Of a stretch of 64,000 nt of DNA, positions 38,509 to 45,524 are shown one piece after another. The first letter of the stretch is position 1. Each line of letters opens with the position of its first letter. The position numbers were made by a program, and so were the translations under genes. Below the pieces are notes generated by a model that was not told where the DNA came from, made no database searches, and saw nothing but the letters and a program-made list of their open reading frames with translations. The DNA is from an uncultured Bifidobacterium sp. (GTDB lineage Bacteria; Acidobacteriota; Vicinamibacteria; Vicinamibacterales; CAVVIG01), in the NCBI GenBank assembly GCA_964386715.1, contig CAYLTD010000002.1, forward strand, positions 109,449 through 173,448. Reading direction: 5' to 3'.

Positions 38509-39102
38509 ATGTATAGCGCACTGCGCACCCGACCCAGCCGTCCTGAAGACGACTACTTCCTGCTCAAGGACGTGGAACTCATCGCCCGTGCCCGCGAGGC
38601 ACACCGCGTCCAATCCTCGGGCACCGCGAGTTCATGCCTCGATCCGGAACGCAGGGCGCTCGCCGGCGCCATTGGCACCGACGAGCAGGAAATCCTGGAA
38701 ACGCTCTTCCTGTCCGGCCTGCGCGCGGACACCATCGACCTGCTCGAGTCGCTTCCGGCCATCGAGGTGGCCTGGATCGACGACCTCGACCTGCAGGAGC
38801 GCGAGGAACTGCGGCGACAGTTCATGGAGCATCATGCCGCCCATCCGCGGTGCATGACGCTGCTGACGGAGTGGCTGTTCGTGCAGCCCCCGGCCGACCT
38901 CCTGATGGCCGGCCGCCGGGCACTCGCCGCGCGTCTGAAGAAGCTCGCGCCAGACGCGCGTGACCTCGCCATCGATCGCGTCATCGGCCGCTGCGAGGCT
39001 GTCAGCCGTGCATCCGGTGGGCTCATGGGCCTCGGCGCCGTGTCGTCGGCCGAGCGACGACACATCAACCTGATCCTGCATGACCTGGACCTCGCCCATT
39101 GA
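38509..39102 (+). CDS. Hypothetical helical protein (TerB-like C-terminus)
   Basis: SD AGGAGG before ATG 38509; EDDYFLLKDVELI, LP.IEVAW, ASGGLMGLGAVSSAER. Confidence 0.6.
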   Translation: MYSALRTRPSRPEDDYFLLKDVELIARAREAHRVQSSGTASSCLDPERRALAGAIGTDEQEILETLFLSGLRADTIDLLESLPAIEVAWIDDLDLQEREELRRQFMEHHAAHPRCMTLLTEWLFVQPPADLLMAGRRALAARLKKLAPDARDLAIDRVIGRCEAVSRASGGLMGLGAVSSAERRHINLILHDLDLAH

Positions 39103-39235
39103 CCTCACGCGGGGCGGTCGACCGTCGCCGGTCGGCCGCCTCGCCCGCGCTTCCCCGCGCTGTCCCTCCCGTCTCGCGGCCTTGCCTCTCCCGTTTGCCG
39201 GTTTCACTGATAAACTAAGGCGTTTCGAGTAGAGT

Positions 39236-39311
39236 GCGCCCGTAGCTCAGGGGATAGAGCACCCGCCTCCTAAGCGGGGGGCCGCCAGTTCAATTCTGGC
39301 CGGGCGCGCCA
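39236..39311 (+). tRNA. tRNA-Arg (anticodon CCT)
   Basis: Cloverleaf: acceptor GCGCCCG/CGGGCGC, D arm GCTC/GAGC, anticodon arm CCCGC-CTCCTAA-GCGGG, T arm GCCAG-TTCAATT-CTGGC, encoded CCA; -10-like TAAACT at 39211. Confidence 0.96.
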
Positions 39312-39344
39312 CCGCCGCCGGAATCCGTGTACACAAGCCACGTT

Positions 39345-40076
39345 ATGCAGAGAACCGAACGTCATCACCTGAAAGAGAACGAGCTCGCGCACCTCGTCGC
39401 CGGGGCCAGCGACGTGATTGGGGCGCGCCGCGGCCCGCTCCTGGGCGCCATTGCCGCCGTCATCGTGATCGCCCTCGGGGTGGGCGGCTACCTCTCGTGG
39501 AGGAACCGGACCGAATCGCAGGCCCACGCCAAGCTGGCAGCCGCCCTCGCGATCGAGGAAGCGCGCATCGGTCCGCCCGCGGCGTTCGGCTCGCAGGCAC
39601 CGACCGGCCTCAGCTTCGTCACCCAGCGCGAGAAGGATCAGGCCGCGCTCACGAAGTACAAGGAGGTGGCCGACGAGTTCCCGAACAGCGAGGCCGGCCT
39701 CTATGCGCGCTTCCGACAGGCGTCCACCTACATGGCCCTCGGCGTGCCGAACAACGCCGTCGAGGCGTACCAGGACGTCATCAACAAGGGCGGGAACGGC
39801 CACATCGCACAGATGGCCAGGCTGGGGCTCGCCGAGGCCAAGGCCCAGACCGGCTCCTACGACGATGCGATCTCGACCTTCCGGGACCTGTCGCAGCGCA
39901 AGGACGGTCCGTTGCCCGTGGACGGGCTCCTGCTGCGCCTCGGACGCATCCAGCTCGAGGCCGGCAAGGGGAGCGAGGCGGAGCAGACCTTCAACCGCCT
40001 GGTGCAGGAGTTTCCCGACTCGCCGTTCGCCGCCGACGCCCGCAAGGCGCTCGACACGATGAAGAAAGCCAGTTGA
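39345..40076 (+). CDS. YfgM-like membrane-anchored TPR protein
   Basis: ERHHLKENE, a single TM helix, then TPR helices (EFPNSEAG, ARLGLAEA, LVQEFPDSPFAADA). Confidence 0.8.
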   Translation: MQRTERHHLKENELAHLVAGASDVIGARRGPLLGAIAAVIVIALGVGGYLSWRNRTESQAHAKLAAALAIEEARIGPPAAFGSQAPTGLSFVTQREKDQAALTKYKEVADEFPNSEAGLYARFRQASTYMALGVPNNAVEAYQDVINKGGNGHIAQMARLGLAEAKAQTGSYDDAISTFRDLSQRKDGPLPVDGLLLRLGRIQLEAGKGSEAEQTFNRLVQEFPDSPFAADARKALDTMKKAS

Positions 40077-40131
40077 ACGACGGCGTGGGAGCGGCCGCGG
40101 CAGGCCGCTCTCACTCGCCGCACCTCTCCTC

Positions 40132-41028
40132 CTACCGTCGGCGCACGTCGTCGCCAAACCGATAGGCGAGCAGCTTGTAGGCGAGCTTCGCGCAGAGCAG
40201 ATCAGGCGCGGCGAAGCCGCGCAGCGGCGCCAGCTCCACGACGTCACAGCCCACGATGAGCCGCATCTCGGCAACGCTGCGCAGCAGGGCGATGGTTTCG
40301 TACCAGCTGAGCCCTCCGGGCTCCGGCGCGGGCGTCGCCGGCATCGTGCCGGGCTCCAGGCCGTCTACGCTGATGGTCACGTACACCGCTTCACCGAGCG
40401 AGTCCACGATACGGGCGATCCACCGGTCGTCCGCGCGCATGTTGAAGTCGTAGAAGATCTCGGTCGGCAGCGTCGGCGCGGCCTCCGCCTCCTCGGGCGA
40501 GAGGCTGCGGATGCCGACCTGCGTCGCACGGGCAAACTCCAGGGCCCGCCGCATCGCGCAGCGGTGATGGTGCGGCGTGCCCAGGTGACGGTCCCGCAGG
40601 TTGGCGTGCGCCCCGATGTGCAGCACCGACAGCCCGCTGTGGCGCTGCGCCATGGCTGCGACGATCGGCCCGGTGATGGCGTGCTCGCCGCCGAGAAAGA
40701 CGGGAAACTTCCCCTCGGTAATCAGCCACGCCGCCACACGCCTGATCTCCGCGACGGCCTCGTCAAGATCCGCAGGCCACGCGTGCATCGCGGGCAGAGT
40801 GCACACCCCGATGTGCGCGGCCACACACTGCATCTCCTCGTCCCACAGCGCCAATTGCGCCGAGGCTGTCAGGATGGCGAGCGGTCCGGACGACGTGCCG
40901 GTGGCGGAGCCGTTGGTCCGGTCGAAGGGCAGCGGCAGCACCACCACGCGCGCGCGGTCGAACGGCACCTGCGGAAAGTGGATGCCCCCGTAGGGAATCA
41001 GCGTGCCCTGGTCGTCATCGAGCGGCAG
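40132..41028 (-). CDS. Agmatinase/ureohydrolase-family protein with degenerate metal site (start uncertain: CTG 41028/41031 after an SD, or GTG 41127)
   Basis: VVLPLPFD, GP.AILTAS, LGGEHA, QVGIRS, PEPGGLSW, GCDVVELAP, AKLAYK. It has GAHAN instead of DAHxD and SVD instead of DxD. Confidence 0.8.
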   Translation of the reverse strand: MPLDDDQGTLIPYGGIHFPQVPFDRARVVVLPLPFDRTNGSATGTSSGPLAILTASAQLALWDEEMQCVAAHIGVCTLPAMHAWPADLDEAVAEIRRVAAWLITEGKFPVFLGGEHAITGPIVAAMAQRHSGLSVLHIGAHANLRDRHLGTPHHHRCAMRRALEFARATQVGIRSLSPEEAEAAPTLPTEIFYDFNMRADDRWIARIVDSLGEAVYVTISVDGLEPGTMPATPAPEPGGLSWYETIALLRSVAEMRLIVGCDVVELAPLRGFAAPDLLCAKLAYKLLAYRFGDDVRRR

Positions 41029-41074
41029 CAGCGTGCCTCCTCGGGCCGCCGCGTCTTCTCCGGCCGGCCGGTCG

Positions 41075-44005
41075 CTAGAACGCGCGCCCCATGCGCGCGT
41101 AAATCGTCGTGCCGCGCGGCAGGCCACCGTTGCGGCCCCACGCCATACCCGCCGTCAGGGTCAGCGGCAGCCCGTAACCCGCGACCACGTCCGCAGACAG
41201 TTCCGCCCCCCAGGCGGCCTTCCATCGCGGGTCGGGCCTGAGGTCCGACCAGATGCGTCCCGCATCGGCAAACGCCGCCACGTGGAGCCACCGCACGAAC
41301 ACGGGCAGCGTCCCGACTCCGCGCTCGAGACGCGGCAGCGGGACCCGGTATTCGGCATTGAAGACCGCGATTCGTGTTCCCGCGAAGCTGCCGGCCGGAA
41401 AGGCTCGCAGCAGTCCCAGCGCATCCGAGGCGAACGACGTGACGCTCGGCGACGCCTGCACACCACCAAGCTGGAACGCACGACGCGTGCCGACCGTGCC
41501 AGCCGACACCCCTCCAGCGCCCCGCACCGCAAGCACCTGATGCCGACCGGCGCCTCGCACATAGCCGCGCACATCCATGGTGGCGGTGTTGGTGTCGCCC
41601 GCAGATCCCAGCGCCTGGCGGGCCACCTCGGCCGTGCCGCCCGCGAGAATGCCGTCGACAGGACTGATCGAGTAGCCGTAGACGCGAGCCGTCCGAGCCA
41701 CGGCGGAGGCGCGCCCCGCGACGGTCCGGATACTCCTCGGCCCCGCAGGCAGGAGAAAACGGCTCTCGCTCGACAGGAACGAGACGGCCACCTGTTCTGC
41801 ACGCCGTGCATGCACGAATGGCAGAGAAACGCCCGCCTGCAGTTCCCGCTGGCCGACGGTCGTGAGTCCGGTACTCGGCTCGAGGTCTGTACGGAGGAAG
41901 TCGGTTTGCCGGGCGCCGGAGACGAAGAAGACCGGCCGCCATCGCGTGTAGGCGTACGAGACGTTCCAGTCGGGCGAGGTGCGATTCGGCTGTCGTGGCG
42001 CGTCGGGCCCCTCCACGAGCCAGGTCAGGTCCGCAGCGTAGGCATGGCGTCCCAGCACGTCCGCGCCTCCGATTGCAGCACCGGCCCTGACCTGCACGCC
42101 ATCGTCGGTCAGCACTGGCGTCCAGGAGGTGGGCGCCAACGTGCCGAGCGGGGAGTACACCCGCCCGGCCGCCTCCGCCGCGGCAGGCACGTCACCCGTG
42201 CGGAATTCGCCGCTGGGTGCCGGCGCAACGGCTGATACGCCGGTCACCGACGTCTGGCTGCGCGCGGTGCGAGGTGCGCGCTCGGGATACGGCATCAGGA
42301 ACAGGTCGAATCCGCGCGCCGTGTAGCCCGCGTAGACGATCGAGCGGCCGTCCGGCGACACGTCCGGCCAGTACGCACCGTTCGACTGTGTCAGCCTCGT
42401 GGCCGGACCGCCCTCCAGCGGGAACTCGTAGAGTTCGAACGCCCCCCCGTCGAAGTCCGCGGCCGCCACGACCGCCTGTCCATCGGGGCGCCACGCCGGC
42501 GTGACGATGCGCGCCGCCGGGTCCGCCGCCAGCAGTCGCACCGCTCTCGTTGCCACATCGACGATCACCAGGTCGGGCAAGGCGCCAAGACGGCGCCGTT
42601 CCACGGCGACCGTCCGCCCGTCCGGCGACCACTTCGGCACGCTGAACTGCTCGTCGGCTGCCGACGCGATCACCGTGATCGCCTCGGTAGGGATGCCTGA
42701 ATCCGCGCGCAGCGCAGGCGGGACGAGCACGAGTTCACGCCGGTCCTGCCGCTGGCGCACGGCGACGATACGCCCGTCCGTGGCCACGTCGGGATCCATA
42801 AGCCGCTGCTCGCGCGTAAGCGCGCGGACGTCTCCAGTGCGGCGATCCAGCCGGTACAGGTCGGAGTACAGCCCCACGTTGCGACGGAACTCCTGCTGGT
42901 CGAAGACCAGGTAGGGCGCCTGCACGCCGACGGTCTCGCCGAGGAAGCGCAGCGTGAGCCGCCGATCGCCGCCGCCGTCCGCGCCGATGCGGCGCATCTC
43001 CGGAAAGGTGTCGGGGTTGCGCGCGGCGTAGATGATCTCAGCCGCGCATTCGTCGCAGGCAGCCGGCGCGAAACGTGGTCCCGACACGAACTGCCCGTGC
43101 ATCGTCAGGCGCTTTGCCGGCGTCCTCGAGTCGTCGGCGACCACGAACGTTTCGGCGTCGGCGCGCGAGCGCTGCTCGTAGTCCCGCCACAGGGTACCGA
43201 GCGACGCACCGAAGACCGGTCGGAAGGCGCGAGACCCGAAGTAGGGAAGGCGCCGTGCGGTGGCCACGGCGAGCTGACCGAGCGATGCAGGCCCGAAACG
43301 CTCCGCGAGATAGTCGTGAAATCCCAGCCCGTATGCGTAGGCCCCGTGACCGGTCGGCCAGCGCACCAGCCCGCCGTTCAGCCGGTCCAGCCGTTCCACG
43401 CCGCCCGACGCAGCCGCAACGCGTTCGATCGCCCGGAAGTCGCCGGCCGCAAGACGCCCCTGGCCGGCCAGCGCGCTCTCCTGCCACGTGGCCAGTCCCT
43501 CGATCTGCCACTGCGGAAGCCACAGGTTGGGGAAGGCAAGCGGTGATCGGCCCAGCAGGCCGCGAGCGACGGTGGACCAGCCGCGCGACAGGTCGAGGTG
43601 AACGATGTGCGTGTATTCGTGCGTGAAGACGAGCCGCAGCCAGTCGTCGGTGCGGCCGATGAACGCGGCGCCCGGGGGTACGGCGGCGGTGAGAAAGACG
43701 ATGTTGCGGGGGAGAGGCGTCGCCCAGCCGTTGGCCAGCTCCGCCTGGTCCGCCAGGATGACATGCGTGAGTCGCGGCGGCTCGACGCCCAGCGCCCGGC
43801 CGACCTGGATGCGCACGTCTTCCACGAGTGTGGCCAGACGGGCGGCCAGCGGCTCTTCGCCGCGGTGGTAATAGATGACGAAATGCGCCGTGCGCCGTTC
43901 GCGGAACCGCAGCGCGGGGTCCACGATGGTCGCCGCCTGCGCAATGGTCGCCCAGAGCAGCGCCAGGCAGAGCGACACGGCGAGGCTAGTTGGCCGTGCC
44001 ACCAC
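41075..44005 (-). CDS. Omp85/BamA-TamA-family protein with N-terminal zinc metallopeptidase (HExxH) and WD40/PD40 beta-propeller
   Basis: Signal peptide; THEYTHIVH...WQIEGLATWQE; PD40-like SVPKWSPDG, TPAWRPDG, WPDVSPDG; barrel with LRAF, FNAEYRVP, FADAG and C-terminal RAF. Confidence 0.78.
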   Translation of the reverse strand: MVARPTSLAVSLCLALLWATIAQAATIVDPALRFRERRTAHFVIYYHRGEEPLAARLATLVEDVRIQVGRALGVEPPRLTHVILADQAELANGWATPLPRNIVFLTAAVPPGAAFIGRTDDWLRLVFTHEYTHIVHLDLSRGWSTVARGLLGRSPLAFPNLWLPQWQIEGLATWQESALAGQGRLAAGDFRAIERVAAASGGVERLDRLNGGLVRWPTGHGAYAYGLGFHDYLAERFGPASLGQLAVATARRLPYFGSRAFRPVFGASLGTLWRDYEQRSRADAETFVVADDSRTPAKRLTMHGQFVSGPRFAPAACDECAAEIIYAARNPDTFPEMRRIGADGGGDRRLTLRFLGETVGVQAPYLVFDQQEFRRNVGLYSDLYRLDRRTGDVRALTREQRLMDPDVATDGRIVAVRQRQDRRELVLVPPALRADSGIPTEAITVIASAADEQFSVPKWSPDGRTVAVERRRLGALPDLVIVDVATRAVRLLAADPAARIVTPAWRPDGQAVVAAADFDGGAFELYEFPLEGGPATRLTQSNGAYWPDVSPDGRSIVYAGYTARGFDLFLMPYPERAPRTARSQTSVTGVSAVAPAPSGEFRTGDVPAAAEAAGRVYSPLGTLAPTSWTPVLTDDGVQVRAGAAIGGADVLGRHAYAADLTWLVEGPDAPRQPNRTSPDWNVSYAYTRWRPVFFVSGARQTDFLRTDLEPSTGLTTVGQRELQAGVSLPFVHARRAEQVAVSFLSSESRFLLPAGPRSIRTVAGRASAVARTARVYGYSISPVDGILAGGTAEVARQALGSAGDTNTATMDVRGYVRGAGRHQVLAVRGAGGVSAGTVGTRRAFQLGGVQASPSVTSFASDALGLLRAFPAGSFAGTRIAVFNAEYRVPLPRLERGVGTLPVFVRWLHVAAFADAGRIWSDLRPDPRWKAAWGAELSADVVAGYGLPLTLTAGMAWGRNGGLPRGTTIYARMGRAF

Positions 44006-45524
44006 TCCGGGAAACGTCCTTGAGGAACGAGAAGTCGGCCAGCGGGTTCAGTCGCAGGCCCTGCAGGTCGCGCTGCGCGACGGCCACGTTGGTCTTGTGC
44101 CACAGGCTGATGTACGGCACGTCGGCGGCAATCACCTGCTGCACCTCGTGGTACAGCGCGAGGCGTCTCGCCTCGTCCAGTTCGCTGCCCGCCGCGTCCA
44201 GCAGGCCGTCCACGCGGGGATTGCTGTATCGCCCGCGGTTGAAACCCGCCGGGGGCACCTGGGTCGAGTGGAAGACGCGGCGGAGGATGTCCGGGTCGGC
44301 CAGGGATGCGGCGGTCCACTGCAGGGTATAGAGCTGGAAATTGCCGGCGAGCACGTCGGCATACAACGTCGCGAACTCGTAGGTGCGCACGTCGAGCGCG
44401 ATGCCGATGTCCCGCAAGTCCTGCTGGATCACCGAGGACTGCAGGCGGTTGAACTCGCTGTTCGATACCTTGAGGGTCAACGCGAAGCGCACGCGCGGGC
44501 CGTCGCCGTCCGGGTCGGCGTATCCCGCTTCATCGAGCAGCGCCCGCGCCCTGGCGGGATCGTGCGGGAACGAGAAGAGGTCGGGAGACGCCGCCCACGA
44601 AAGCGCTGGCAGCATGCCGGCTGCCGGCGCCGCCAGTCCCCGCCGGAGGTGGGCGACGATCGCGTCCCGATTGATGCCGTGGGCCAGGGCCTGCCGCACG
44701 CGTACGTCCCTCAGGACCGGATCGCGCAGGTTCACGCCGACGTACTGGTAGTCGACCCCGGGGCCCTGAACCACCTGAAGGCCGGCGTGTGAGCGCAACT
44801 GGTGCACGAGGTCAGGCGCGACATCGTTGACCACCAGGTCCATGGTGCCCCTGCGCAGTTCGAGCCCACGCATCACGTCGTCGGGCACGATCTTCATCAC
44901 GAGGCCGCGGTTCTTCGGCGGGCCGGCCCAGTAGTGCGAATTGGCCTCGAGTTCCACCTGGTCGTCCACGGCATAGCGGACGAATCGGTAGGGCCCCGAG
45001 CCGACGGGACGATCGCGCAGCGAGGCGTCCGCCCCTTTCGGCACGATTGGCATCATCAGGTTGATCGGGAAGGAGGGAAACGGCTGGCGAAGGGTGAAGA
45101 CGACGGTGTACGGGTCCGTTGCCACGACCGACGCGAGCTCGCGGTAGCCTCCCTTGCGCGGCGAAGTGAACGCCGGGTCGATCATCTGGCCGAAGGTGAA
45201 CACCACGTCATCGGCCGTCAGGCCGCGGCCATCGTGGAAGTGGATGTCGCGTCGGATACGGGCCACGTAGGTCAGCGGGTCCGGGTGCTCGAGCGATGCC
45301 GCGACCCTGGGCACGACGCGAAGGCGGTCGTCGAGGTCCACCAGGTTGTCGAAGATCAACTGGTGCAGTTTCTGCGACGCGTCGTCGGTTGCGAACCGCG
45401 GGTCGAGGTTGTTCGGCCCGGTCGTGATGCTGACGACGAGCATGCCGGGAGCAGTGGCTGGACGGCGCAGGCAGGCGGGGCTGGCCAGCACCAGGGCCAG
45501 CGTCAGCAGCGCCCCCAGCCTCAC
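43986..45524 (-). CDS. ABC transporter substrate-binding lipoprotein, family 5 (DppA/OppA)
   Basis: Lipobox ASPAC; NLDP, FHDGRGLTADDVVF, PVGSGPYR, VRVRQALAHGINR, DVPYISL. Confidence 0.92.
   Translation of the reverse strand: MRLGALLTLALVLASPACLRRPATAPGMLVVSITTGPNNLDPRFATDDASQKLHQLIFDNLVDLDDRLRVVPRVAASLEHPDPLTYVARIRRDIHFHDGRGLTADDVVFTFGQMIDPAFTSPRKGGYRELASVVATDPYTVVFTLRQPFPSFPINLMMPIVPKGADASLRDRPVGSGPYRFVRYAVDDQVELEANSHYWAGPPKNRGLVMKIVPDDVMRGLELRRGTMDLVVNDVAPDLVHQLRSHAGLQVVQGPGVDYQYVGVNLRDPVLRDVRVRQALAHGINRDAIVAHLRRGLAAPAAGMLPALSWAASPDLFSFPHDPARARALLDEAGYADPDGDGPRVRFALTLKVSNSEFNRLQSSVIQQDLRDIGIALDVRTYEFATLYADVLAGNFQLYTLQWTAASLADPDILRRVFHSTQVPPAGFNRGRYSNPRVDGLLDAAGSELDEARRLALYHEVQQVIAADVPYISLWHKTNVAVAQRDLQGLRLNPLADFSFLKDVSRSGGTAN

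Noticed and set aside
39236-39345. tRNA-Arg(CCT) as an integration site for an island
   Set aside because: I saw no duplicated tRNA 3' end, no integrase and no compositional break; a housekeeping-type gene follows 33 bp later.
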